From contig NW_025964223.1 of NCBI RefSeq assembly GCF_023055435.1, positions 47,120,001 through 47,184,000 on the forward strand: a stretch of DNA of 64,000 bases, read 5' to 3'. The DNA comes from Haliotis rufescens (lineage: Eukaryota). Shown piece after piece: positions 12,611-25,510 of the stretch; within the stretch, counting starts at the first letter, position 1, and each line of letters begins with the position of its first letter. A program made the translations under genes and the position numbers. Below the pieces are notes generated by a model that saw only the letters and a program-made list of their open reading frames with translations, was not told the DNA's origin and ran no database searches.

Positions 12611-15600
12611 ATGGGCATCAGGATCGTCACCAGTGTCCGGACAGTTATCGTGTTTATTTTGCCGTGTTTATATTTCACACATGGTAAGAGATTGTTTGAT
12701 ATTGTGTTCAGTTGCAATCGTCTATGTTGTCGTGTTTACAATATCCATAAGAATATATTTTTTTCAACATAAAATTAATGCTCAGCCATTAGATCGCTTC
12801 TCTGATTTTCGTTAAAATGTGAAAGTAGGGAGTTATATCGGAAATCATTTTTGTCACTGATGCATCAATCTTGTGTCCAGCATTTCACATAGTGTTTTAT
12901 CGGTAAACTTCAGATAGTATTTGCTTTCCCTTTTAACAAATAGCGGTGAACCCTCTGAAGATGTATCTATATTTATGGTCACCACGTGTTGTAACAAAAT
13001 CCAAAGGTTCAAGAAATCAAATTTGTGGGATAGTGGTGTTGAAAAACATATGTGTCAAAATGGTGGGGGGGGGGGGGGGGGGGCAGAAGCAACATGGTAT
13101 TGGTTCCTCTTGTCTCAAATATTTCCTGTAAATATAAAGAATGTTCTTCCTTGGTAGTATGATAATTACGGTTCATCTTCGAGACAGGCAATCAGCTCTT
13201 GTGATCACTGTCCAAAATATAAATGTTTATATAAAGTGAGGTCCTTTATTTGTTCCCATCTCTGCTATGAATATCATGATCAGTGCCTGGTAATTTCTAA
13301 TTACGATAGTTTATGTTCACGTTTAAGGGTGTCTGCTTGTATCATTTAATTTTCATTGCGCAACTTGGCAATATAAGTGTCTAAGCCGATAGGTTTTGAC
13401 TAAAAATCAAATCAAACAGATAAGGCGTTACATTTTGCTTATGACAAACACAACTGGGGGTTCTTTAAACTATAAAGTCTCTTAACTATTGTAACCTCGC
13501 CGTGTGACGTCATATCACTGTCAGTCGTCATCAGGGAATGTCGTCATCGATTTACGCAAAACAATAGCTCAATAACATATAGATGGTGGGGATTTTTTTG
13601 CAAATAAACCTCTTTCCATTAATGGTTAAAAGAGTAACTATTATTAATTATTCTTTTTATTTCGAATCGCGGTGAATATCCGCTACATGTATAAAAGTGT
13701 GAGTATTTCTTGAAGGTTTAGTGACAATAGCGCAATAGAATTCACACTGACATCCTTCTGTTTCGATTTGAACATTTATGTATTTCTATAAACATTATCA
13801 CATTCACATCTATCTTTGAAAAAAGTTTCGGTACAAACCAGAGGAGACCATTTCACTTATTCAGATTTTACTCATGACTAACACCACAACACAAGTACAG
13901 TTGTATCCACAATATCCTCCTGACAACTTTTAAATGTATTATTCGCGTTTCGCTACTTATATAATGGTAGATTATGGGAAGTTTGGATAAAAAGTGAGAA
14001 ACGTAGACATTGTCTAATTTGGTATTCCGTGTTACAGGCAACATATGTCCAACGGCATCTGGAGAAAAGGGTATGTACTTATTCACATTAAGTCATTATG
14101 AATTTCATTTACGTCATCCATATAGTGGACGAATACAGATTAAAACAAGTCTTGTGATCAAGGAAATAGTCTCACATACGTATGTCATTATAAAGTCAAT
14201 ATGACTACACACACATGGTAATACGTGTAATAATATACACATTTGGAAAGGCTGTAGTGACTAAGTAATGGTATTTATAATGTCAACAATGTTAACATGA
14301 CGTCAAAAAAAGTAGGCTGTGATGTCACTACACGTCATGCGTCAACAGTATCTTTAATAGCGCTGTAATATGCTTCCATATGTATCTGTAATATGCTTCC
14401 TATATGTTTACATTTACCGTCTATCATATTGATAATAAAAGGAAATATATACAAGTGTTCTAAGTGAAAAGGGTAAAATAATAAAATCACTATGTCATAA
14501 GGTGTCATTAATTCATTTTAACAATCAGATAACAACAATAAACGTTGAAAATGAAGCAACAGTCTGTATATGTAACTGCAAAGACAATGTACTACTTCTT
14601 TTAGGTGCTTATGTATTAATCATCAGTTTATATTGTACTTCATGATCAGTTGTACACGTGTGTGAGGACAACTTTGCCAGTGGAGCATCCATCTATCTGG
14701 ACACCTTTAAGGCTGTCAACTATGAAGGCAACTGTCTATGTGACCTCAGGGCACAAGGTGGCGCTGTTGATCTCCAGTTGTCAGTACAAGGAGTCCACAA
14801 AGACTGTGACGCTATCCTGTATTTCCCTCCGCCTATTGATTACACATATAAATGTGCAGACAAGGCATCCTCAAATACTACAGGCCGGATCGGGCCAGGA
14901 CAAGTGGTTTTCCTTACTCTCGTCAAAAGATCTGAGGTCACCGATTTCTGTGTCCATTTAGTGCAGATATCATCAGCAGGTAAGCTCACATATTCTAACT
15001 CAATCTTGAACACAGTCTGAGTCTAGATAATTAAGTTGAAGCAAGATGGGTTATGCTAGATTAGATTAGAACCAGACGGATATCAATACTACATACAAGA
15101 CGAAACAGTTCATTATGTCAAAACAGGTTTTCGTTGTAATCGTTTTGTTGTCTGCACCGACGCATGCATAAATATCCATACAGTTACAGTTTATTTAAGC
15201 CTCAAACTATGAACAACAGACCAAGGTATCATGACGTTTTATTTCAGGATGACGTAGCTAATTGGCACACTTCTCATTGGAATGATACGGGTAATGTCAA
15301 TGGAAATAAGTTACATACTTACAGAAAATATGAATGTACACCTTCTGTTGATTACAATGTTAAAAGTATTATGTACAGAGACCACCGCCGTATCTTAGCC
15401 AAGTTTAGAGGTGGAATTTTACCTTTGTTTGTTGACAGGTAGATATTCCAACGAGCCTTCTATAGCACTATCGGAGAGGTTATGTAAATATTGCGATTGT
15501 GATTTGGTGGAAGATGAATTTCACTTTTTACTACAATGAAATTTTAATGCCATATACGAAGAAGAGAACTTTATTATACTTAATGGATTCAAACATTTTA

Positions 15601-18600
15601 CAAAAAATGCTTGCCGATTGTTATTGTCTCCTGTAGGTCTTCTTAAAGCGTAGCTAAATTTCCTAGCTCTCACATATGTATGTATATGTTTTGTTTATAT
15701 TGTATATAGTGTCTCTTAAGCCAATGTCTGGCTGGACGCACTCCATACATCTTTTGTCTTGTGTGTATCAATTTTATATTGTACATGTTGTGCGTGTGGC
15801 ACTTTAATAACCATTTTACTGCTACTAATACTACTGATACTACTAATACTACTAATACTACTAATACTACTAATACTACTAACACTTATACTAATACTAA
15901 TGAATACAAGATACCAGATACCGAGTGAGCCAAGTTGAGTGACTTTCTATGATTGCCAATCTGCCCGTACGTTCAGTTCCTCTGGTGAGATTTTTGCAGT
16001 CAGTGTAATCTCTGCATTCACAAAGACTTTGGTCATTTGGCTCACTGGAACATTTTTGTGGTTCATCTGGAGAAACCCGCACTGAATCGACAATTGGGGA
16101 TCACCTGAACCTGAAGTGTTTTCTTGTTGAAGTGTTTATAGTATTGACAACCTTTCTTTCTTGTTTATATTATGATTTCCCCATCCTATAATTATTTCCA
16201 CTTACATTTACCACTACACTTGGTTCCTGCAACAAGAGGATATCAGTATGTATTCATTCCTACTGACCTATACTGCTTTGACAGTCCATCCAAATGGATT
16301 TTCTGTTTGAGAATGTTCATGAAGCATATAGATGTTTTCCGTGTAACATGATCCTCAGGTCTGCATGGTTTATTGGTATCACAAAGGAGGTGTCCTTGAG
16401 ATACATGTAGCACATCCTATTCGAACAGATCCAGTACCTGGTCCCCCCATTACAAAATGTTCAAGATTTGATATGGATGACCGAACAAAACTTCTTTATC
16501 CTTTTAGACTGGGAATGTATAGACTAACAATGGAGAGCGGTATTCGTGTGTCTGAACAGTAGTCTCCGTCTGACAAAATTCGGTACTTCTTGGTACATAA
16601 ACGCCCCTCTCTTGTTCTACGAGCTGTGAATGGCAAAGGGATTGTTTGGTTGGATTATGGACACCCACTTTAACCATACCCCTTCTACTGATCCCATCAC
16701 AGCTGGGTCTCGATTATAATGTTGTCAATACAATGATAACCTTTGCCTTGCTTACCAACTGAGCACTTTTCTTAAATTAATGTAATGGGTAAGAACTGGC
16801 CAAATACAAGTTTGTCACGTCACATGATCATTATGAAAGTCTTCTTGTGTTATGGTTAGATATTTCTTCGGCGTGGTCTCCTAAACGCGTCTGTGATAAC
16901 TTTTCCCAGCCTTTGTGGGAAACATTGCTGTCATACCTTATGCAGTCCATGAAGTGAAAGTTTGAGGAGGTTATGAGATGCACGTCTTGCCTTCCGAGAT
17001 TGTCACCAACGATAATGATAAGAACCACGGGGATTGATGAGAAAATGGTGCTGCCTCGTTAAAGGCTTCTGTTAAACCATATGTCACAGAGCTGTGCTCC
17101 AATGATCAGCGGTGTCATTTAACAAGAATAAAGTAATAAAGAAAACGTGGTAATAGGTTCACAAGTTTATTACTATCAACTGCTTGTAGCAATAGAAGAC
17201 AATAAAAGGATCAAATAAACCCAATCTGCGCGGATAAAGATCACTGATTAATTAAATCCGCATAAATACACAAGCATCTTAGCTAAGCAACCGTATTACA
17301 GTTAATAGTATGAGTGCTAAAACAACACTTTGACAAGATACCGACCATGGCCAGATGCGAAGACAGCCAATTAAGTCGGCTGCGACCAATTAACACCCGA
17401 GTTAATTAACTCAGCACTCTAATGAGTGAATTATCTCGGCTGGGTTAAATAACGGGAAATAGACACAGAGGGCCTATTCCTAAATAACTCACTTGGACTA
17501 TAAAACAGACACGTACGTCTGAATATCAAACTTGTCTAATCGACTAAAGATTGAATCACATTGAATGAGCAAGGGAATACTAGAATTCCACAAAAGCTAG
17601 ACAATCACGGAAAGTTTGGTTTTCTGCGGATTACTTGAAAAACTGAGTATAACAAACCCCAGCTACTAAGTTTAGCTCAATACAACCAGAGTAAGTCTGT
17701 AAGAATTGGAACGTGTCCCGAAACCACTAACGAAACCTGAGTTTCGAACGTGACCTCCCGTACCATACCGACCCGTACAAGCGGCCTAATGAATCCTGGG
17801 GGGTAAAGACACAAGATTTGACAGAAGTCTACATTTACTGCGCGCGAACCTCAGAGAGGCCAATCTCTCCTGGACAGCCGGGGAAAACAACAGTCTGAGG
17901 GCTTGGCCAAACTGTGTTTCTAAACATTGGAAAAACACGAATAGCAAACTAAATACTATATCTATACTGAAGATGTAAGTATCAAAATAATGCGCTGAAC
18001 ATATATAAGCTATTCTATGGTATCATCATTACAGATTTACAACAAGCTCTGTCCAATTATTGATGAGGCAAAATACATGAGAAACATATGAGTGTACATA
18101 TAAATACACTTATTGTTTGAAAATCATAGTTACAAAAACATTTGCAATACACGAATAAGGTAGCGAATATATCAGAGATAACTTACATCAAGTCATTACA
18201 TGGTTTCAGAGTGCCATTTAATCACAAGAGAATGAAATAATCGGGCCACTAATTCCCTAACAGAATGTAATGACCCCTTACAACGACGACCGCCGGCCTT
18301 TGCCGAGAGGTGTCAGAAATAAAAGCGGGGAGCAGGGAGATCGACCGTGACACGAGCAAAATAACGACCAGGTGACATCATATTAGGACATGTTGTTTGA
18401 AGAGAATTCAAATGTTGATAACAGTGTAATGAGGCCAACGGAATATCTTGCAATGTACCAGAGGCAGAATACTATGGTTTGTTTATATGGTTTACATGAT
18501 TAGTTTGCTTTTTATAAGAGTCATTTGTTATAAAAATTAACCAGTGGCATTGCCCAATTATAATTTTACAAGGTGGTATACGTATTGTGTTCTGTTTAGT

Positions 18601-19520
18601 TTAAGTGCTGAGTGCGAGACAGTGCTTGCATATTGTTCCTTGTTTTCATATATGTGTATAATTTTCAGCTGGATCACTTAATCTGGCCTGCTTTAGAGGC
18701 ACATTGAAATCAGCCAACACCTCAACAACAACATCCCCGCCAATCAACGTCACAAGTAGCGTCACCACTTCGGATACTTCTGTTACTGAAGGCAAAGATT
18801 CATCCGGGGACAATACAACCACTACAGCAACAGAGAGCAAAGATTCATCCGGGGACAATACGACTACTACAGCAACAGAGAGCAAAGATTCACCCGGGGA
18901 CAATACTACTACGACAGTAACAGAGAGCAAAGATTCAACCGAGGAAAACCCACATATAACACCTTCTGGAATCACAGGTCATAATAACACAGCGACCCCT
19001 CAGTCAGTTATTGGAGGTAAGAATCAGCATTGTATATACTAACAGCTTTTGTTTGAGTCATCATTTATCTAAATCCAATTTAGAAAACAATCCTCACACA
19101 AATTCAAAGTACTGGAAATATACGTCTTCGAACATGTTATTTTCTATTTCAACTGTTTATATTTATTGGTTGTACTCCCATATGTCGGAAATTCAATAGT
19201 TTAATGTATATGTCTAACTATTCTGACCAGCATTTTGTACATGAATAACATGATACCTACGTTTAGGAGTTTAAGTCAAGTATAGTTATAGTATCTTGAA
19301 TTGCCTGCCTGTGGTAGTAGATAATACTATTTAACATTTTTATAATTAGAAACTAATAAAAGTAGACACATGTTACGGGTAATTTCCATTGTTGATACTG
19401 TTTTAGAGTCTAAAGTTACATGAAAATTAATGTTTTCTTGCGTTGTCTTATTAATGTGTTCCATTTTCCATTCTAGTCAGCTTTGTCGTTGTTGGGGTCG
19501 TTGCTGCAATCGTGCCGTAA
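12611..19520 (+). CDS. Gene A: spliced cell-surface protein, join(12611..12683,14650..14979,18669..19016,19477..19520), 264 aa: signal peptide, Cys-rich CUB-like domain, mucin-like stalk, C-terminal hydrophobic end; possibly a pseudogene
   Basis: Exon 1 MGIRIVTSVRTVIVFILPCLYFTH-G|GTAAGA. All three introns are GT-AG, phase 1, and join in frame (795 nt). The last exon stops at VSFVVVGVVAAIVP*. Confidence 0.72.
15200..15901 (+). mobile_element. Decayed 3' end of a LINE ORF2 with C-terminal zinc knuckle and (ACTAAT)n-type tail, in gene A intron 2
   Basis: GNKLHTYRKY...HRRILAKFRGGILPL, then ERLCKYCDCDLVEDEFHFLL in another frame; microsatellite at 15817-15901. Confidence 0.75.
17082..18377. mobile_element. 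Possible LTR-like element or solo LTR
   Basis: Termini TGTCAC...GTGACA flanked by CCATA/TCATA (4 of 5 match); no coding evidence. Confidence 0.35.
18787..18937 (+). repeat. Coding 45-nt tandem repeat (ESKDSSGDNTTTTAT), ~3.3 copies
   Basis: GCAAAGATTCA at 18792, 18837, 18882 and 18927. Confidence 0.95.
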
Positions 19521-19649
19521 TGAAACTACGTGTATAACGGATATGGAGTTTATGCAGGTAAGAGTTTAAAAAATTCGAACAATCCAGATCTTCAAGCAGA
19601 TCTCCAAGGGGTATTCATGTTTGTGTTTCTGTCACAATGAGACAAATGT

Positions 19650-19867
19650 GTGAGTAACGCCGCTTTTAACATTATTCCCTAATGTGGGAGAAAAGCCCGA
19701 AGTGAGACAGGTCTCAGACGTTTACCTCTTCAGTGAAACCCACGAGAACGGGTATGGTGTTGACAAACCTAGAAACATAATCGGGGCGAACCGGGATTCG
19801 AACCCACAATCACCAACTCTGCACAGTGAATCGCGGCGCCTTAGACGACTGGGCCACCCGTGCCCCC
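19650..19867 (-). mobile_element. tRNA(Leu/Ser-like)-derived SINE family D
   Basis: Minus strand TGGCCCAGTCGTCTAAGGCG...GGTTCGAATCC followed by a tail resembling families A and C; a decayed relative lies at ~41620-41810. Confidence 0.65.
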
Positions 19868-20166
19868 AGGAGTCAAATGAAGATTGAATCGTAAAATGCA
19901 GGACCTACATTAGTTCCACAAATGACAATGACACCAGGAGGTCACGTTTAAGCTCTTCTTATCACACATTTCTTGATTCATGTTTCAATTCCACTTTCAA
20001 ATTTATTGAAGGAATATTTGATGAATAGAAATGTCCTCGATGTAATGCATGCAGTCATCTTTACGATCATGTAGTGAGTGTATGTACACATAATATGTAT
20101 CGTCAACAATGAGCAACATTTTAATATCTACTTACTATCTTACACAAAAACATTTTTTGTTTTCAG

Positions 20167-20389
20167 GGCCAGATCCAGAATAGTCAAATGCAGGGATGAA
20201 CAGAGTTTTCGCAGTGGACATGATAAATTATATCTACAACACTTCAAGAACACAATGGCCATACTCCTTAATGCAACAATATGTATCAATAGTTGCCCCC
20301 AAATCGAAATATATCCGATAACGTCTGTTAAACGCTGCAATATGCTAAATTCGGTTCGGGAATGCCAACAATTCATATTTGACATTTAG
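20167..20389 (+). pseudogene. Probable decayed cytoplasmic-tail exon of gene A
   Basis: Strong acceptor TTTTTTGTTTTCAG|G; phase 2 gives a basic juxtamembrane R-ARSRIVK and matches the unused donor ATGCAG|GTAAGA at 19557. Confidence 0.45.
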
Positions 20390-20967
20390 TTGTTATGATT
20401 GATGAAACACATTGTTACTATTTACGGCGACAAAACGGCTGACATGCATGGTCAGTACTATTGAGAGAGATGTCTCAGCTGGGATTTCTGAGGACAATTA
20501 AGTACACGGACAATACATGTATAACCTCAATCCAACCAGGATAGCTCGTCAACAGACAACTACGTTTATCCACGAGACAAGTATATGAATGGCGAAGTAA
20601 CGCAACAATAGTGTACATGTACATGTGGCTTAGTAGAACTTATACAATGTTTATTTGATTGATGATATGACTTTTTCCCTCATGAATAAATCATGTTAAT
20701 TTAATTTTGATTTCATACTTACACTGGCCTTACCTAATGAGTGTCGTCATGATGCTGAAGTAGATAACCTGCGGAATTCAATTTCTTTACTTTGTGTTGC
20801 TTTTTTGTATAAGACATGTACTTAGCTTGAACAAACACATGTCTAACTACACACTGCAATATTCATTTGGCATTGCAATCAACCTACAGATCAATAGCAA
20901 CTACTCTTTTGGCATCAAGCGCCTTACTTTTGACTTGTATTGATAGCACTTGTGACGCGAAAGTACA

Positions 20968-21022
20968 TTTTAACCGTACATTTTCTTTTAACCGTATATT
21001 TTCTTTTAACCGTATATTTTCT
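20968..21022. repeat. 19-bp tandem repeat, 3 copies
   Basis: TTTTAACCGTA(C/T)ATTTTCT repeated. Confidence 0.85.
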
Positions 21023-22179
21023 TAATCTATTCTGCCAAATCGTTTCCCTCTCTCGTCAGTCTAAACAGTTTTACAATACCCAATATACTTTTAATTCATG
21101 TTAAGGGTATTCCAAAAGTATACAATGAATACATATATTTCATTTCCAAGTGTGGAAATACTTCTATTTGAAATCGATTTGCTTCAATTCAAACCTATTC
21201 ATGATTGTGAAAGACCTAAATAAATAAAATGTTAAAGCAAGTGTCAGGAAAAATCAATTCATTTACGCGACAAGTTGACGCCAATACCCAGCTATTGTTA
21301 GGGGCGTTTTATGATACACATAGAAAGACTGTGTGGTCCTGTGTTGCACATATGTCATTGATCCGTGTAAATATCTGAAGATACATGTATCTTGACTCTG
21401 GAAATTATCCAATACAACGATAATACGTGCACGCCTCTTGTATGCTACTGGCATTTAGGTTTTATTGCTATAGGCATGTCAGTGTAACTTTAACTGCGAG
21501 AAGAAGGCCTTAGGTTAATATTGAGTTCGATGTTATGCTGGTGCCATCTTCACTTTAGACATAATCAGTGACACAGATCATCTAACAGTTTCGGAATCAT
21601 TTTGTTTTTAATTTTACCACGTTCTTGTAAATTCATGGAAACAGGGTCAAATTCCAAATTTCAAAACACAACCTCATTAACCCGAACCAGAATGGCTTCG
21701 CTCCAACCGGCAAACTTTTGACAACATTTTACATTAAGAACAAGATGTTAAAACAGCACAGGTGCACAAACAATACACAATACATATATTTATTGATTTC
21801 AGTAAAAGTTTTCACATGGTTTGGCTTAAGGGCCGTATCAAACAGATTCAATACAAAACCTTTAAGGGACGTATTCTTAATTTCCATTACTAACAGACAC
21901 CAATATTCCAGTAAAATTAAAACACCTGCGAGTTCGGTTGCAAAAGCGCGGTGACATCTACAGGTAACCTATCTTCCTATTGAAACATAGTATGTTTATC
22001 TTCTAATTATAAAATTATATGCCGTAAATAGAACACTATTTTGAAACTGCATGGTTATTGTATACTATCGACTATCGTATGTACACTGAACAAGAAGATA
22101 AAGTCATCAATATCCCCGCCCTTTTCAATATGTAAAATCATTTAAATCAAACAATCTGTCATATTTCTTATTATACTAA

Positions 22180-22262
22180 AGCCGCCTCCGTTCTCTAGCG
22201 GTAGAGCGTCCGCCCGGAAAGCGGAAGGTCCGGGGTTTGATCCCCGGACGCGTCATACCAAA
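22180..22262 (+). mobile_element. SINE family B, 5' tRNA-like head only
   Basis: Near-identical to 37637-37717. Confidence 0.8.
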
Positions 22263-25094
22263 GGAGGAAATGAATATAGATTGCCATGTTGTCTGACTGT
22301 AGATATGATTTGTGATCATGCTTAGTATTCGTGCTTCAGGGTAATTATTATGGTCTTCAATCATTCCTTCTCTGGAGATCTGTAGGTGATGCTTTCACAC
22401 TGATGGAAGGAAGTCATTAAACCCAAAAAATTCAACTCAACTTATATCATATATTTTCTGCTTTGCTTTTTCATACTGCTTTAAATATTTCAGGTTCATA
22501 ACATCTCTGGCGTTTTGACTGGACAATAACCTCTTAAATGTATACAAATTAGGCCATTCATTCTTGTAAGCAATTGCTAGTATTCAAGTCTATGTTTTAA
22601 CAAATAATGAAATTCGCCTGCAACTAAAGGAGAGTTTCAACTCAGGCGTAGCATCGATCGCAATGTCGCGCGCCGTCACAGTTGGAAGTTGGAAGTTATG
22701 CGAGTGTGAATGTGAGGACCTAATTGGGTTTTTTAACTGTTCGAGCATTTAGGGGTTTTGTATGCTTAATATGGATACTTGGGACTCCCAAATGAGTTCG
22801 AGACAACCAGGATTTCGACACATCCAATTCGACAGATCCGAGGATAAATGATGTTGAATATAATAGGAATCGCATGAAACGGTTGGTGCATTCGCGACAA
22901 CCATGAATTCTACACATCTAAGTTCCACAGAAAGAGGTTCGACTATGTCAGGAGAAATATTTTTCGTGTCAAAATCTTTATGAGCCAGATGTACATTTAC
23001 ATCACACCCTGTATAAGTTGTGTATCCCTTATGCGATGCTTGTTTTATCTTACACGCCTATTGTGTGTACAATAAAATGTTGACTAAAACACTCCTATCT
23101 GTTGTCATTGTTGTATTTTATTGCCTTTTTTTCATCTCTCAACAAATCACAGTATTACTGAGAACTTGCTTTTATTACGTAAACACATGTAATTTGCTGT
23201 TTAAGAACATGAATGAGCTGATCAGAATTGCTCCTGCTTTACATGAACCAGTGAAACAAAACGGCCGCTGGTGATGATCGTTTTGTTGTTTTCCATGTAC
23301 TTGCATTTCGTTCCAGTTCTTGAAAGTAATTCTCACGATGACCACGTGTCAACCTCACGTGTCAAACTCACATTTCGGTGTGAATCTTTTCATCACTCCT
23401 GTATACAACCGGAATGACAACACAGAACCAAAACTAAATGAACCTATTCATAACAGTGCAGAAGTAAAACATATCTGACCACAGTGTGTAAAGATAATGG
23501 CAATCTAGCCTTAATGTCTGTATATTTATTGTTTTGCCTTTGCATGGTAAGGTGGAACAAGTGACACGTGTACCTTCTATTAAGTATGCAGTCTTTAACA
23601 TGCTACTCAGTTAGCCTTAGAAAAGTGATGAAGTATATACACACACACGTTGTGGAAAATAATAACTTTTGTTTTATTGTTGATGTATTACTACAATTGT
23701 CCTTGTTGCAATGGTAATGGAATCACCTGTTTTTGCTGCCATGACAACAGATCATAGAACACAAATGTGTAGTTATTAATCATTACCCTCCAGCCGGTAG
23801 GGGGCTCAGGGAATAGCCCCATTAAGAGGCTGAGATCCTCGTGGTCCAGTCCTGACATGGTAGACAAGACATTGTTGAAGCTTTCGTCAGGTGTTTTGGT
23901 TTTGGGTTTAGGGCAACTAGATTCCACACGTGCCTTACTTGAAATGAATGTTATTGGTCATGTTAAGAAAATCTGCAGCAACGAACTGTGGGCATTGAAA
24001 GTCATTTAAGGGAAACGATCTCACCTGGCTGTGCTTCCTTTTCACAAGGTTAAACGTATTCGCCTTCCACGGTCCTGCGGTTTTCAAACCTGGTAGTGAG
24101 ATAAATATTCGTCTGCAAGAACTTGGAACACTGTTTTAATCCCACTTCCTATTTTGCTGCAATTCTTTGAGTGTGCAACTCTAGGTCTGTCAGCAATGTC
24201 TAGTTTGAATTATATGGCGTAATAAGTGGCATGGATCAGTGCCATTTATTCATATTTAATCTTTCTTGATATCAATATCTATGATTGTTATTTGAGAAAA
24301 GGGAAACTATTTCTAAGCTAATTGGTAATCCCATTTAAAAACAAATACGATGCACGGTATGCAGATTTTATATATACATTCCAGCGACCTAAAGGTGTAA
24401 GTTATGTTTTAGGTATATGTACACTATTACGTGTGTAACCTTTATGTTTTGGAAATGAATCAACAGATAATGTACTCGTGTGAGCAGTGACGTGTCATAA
24501 CAAGAGACATGTATCAGAGTCCTTTATTTATCTTATGTTTCGTTCATTTTTTGTCACCAACGAAAATATGGTTTCTGATAAGAATTTGTGGATATTGATA
24601 TATGGTTTTTTTTGGTTGGTGTATCCTGTTTGTTGAGTGGTTAAACTTGTTATGTTACCACATCACTTAATTTCTTTTTGTAGTCTCTCAACATGACATC
24701 AAAGCTGATTTTCTTTGATGGAACTGAAAAGAAACAATGGTTATGTGTCAACTCTTATCAAACCCAATTCATTTCCAGTTCTTTCTCGTTAATGAAATGT
24801 GTCCATCTATTCTATTTATGTACATATAACACTTCATGCTCATACCAAACAAACTTATGCATAATAAATGAAACGGCGTCACAACACGATAGCTGGTTCA
24901 TTCATTGGTTATTCTGCCATTAAGTCTTTAACAGGGTCAGTAATTGCTCAACATTTTGCAGTAATTATGAAGAAGAAGAAAATTGTTTTATTAAAGTGTC
25001 ACATGCTGCAGTACTAAATATATGGACATATAAACATTTCATTAAAAAACAGCACCCGGCCAGTTGGCCTACGAGACACTAATTACATAATGGT

Positions 25095-25233
25095 NNNNNN
25101 NNNNNNNNNNNNNNNNNNNNNNNNNNNNNNNNNNNNNNNNNNNNNNNNNNNNNNNNNNNNNNNNNNNNNNNNNNNNNNNNNNNNNNNNNNNNNNNNNNNN
25201 NNNNNNNNNNNNNNNNNNNNNNNNNNNNNNNNN
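25095..25233. other. Assembly gap (N run)
   Basis: 139 N. Confidence 1.
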
Positions 25234-25329
25234 GTATATTACTACACCCACACTCACACCGATACACCCACACACACATCCGCATTAAAATCCCGCTCAA
25301 AGCATTCAAACAGGTAAGCATACAAACAG

Positions 25330-25510
25330 GTAAGCATACAGGACGCTCACAGCAATCTCATACAGGACACTCACAGCAGTTTCATACAGAACACTCACAG
25401 CAATCTCATTCAGAGCACTCACAACAATTTCATACAGAACACTCACAACAATCTCATTCAGAACACTCGCAGCAATCTCATACAAAACACTCACGGCATT
25501 CTCATACATG
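25330..25510. repeat. 24-bp minisatellite
   Basis: CATACAG(G/A)ACACTCACAGCAATCT variants, about 7 copies. Confidence 0.85.

Noticed and set aside
15670-15885. Val/Leu-rich ORF resembling a TM or signal peptide
   Set aside because: Antisense translation of the (ACTAAT)n tail of a LINE relic.
19783-19867. tRNA-like sequence with TCA in the anticodon region (possible Sec or opal-suppressor tRNA)
   Set aside because: Anticodon and T stems pair poorly, it does not resemble eukaryotic tRNA-Sec, it continues into a SINE body and tail, and a decayed relative exists near 41.7 kb. It is a SINE head, and it could not read the LINE's UAG anyway.
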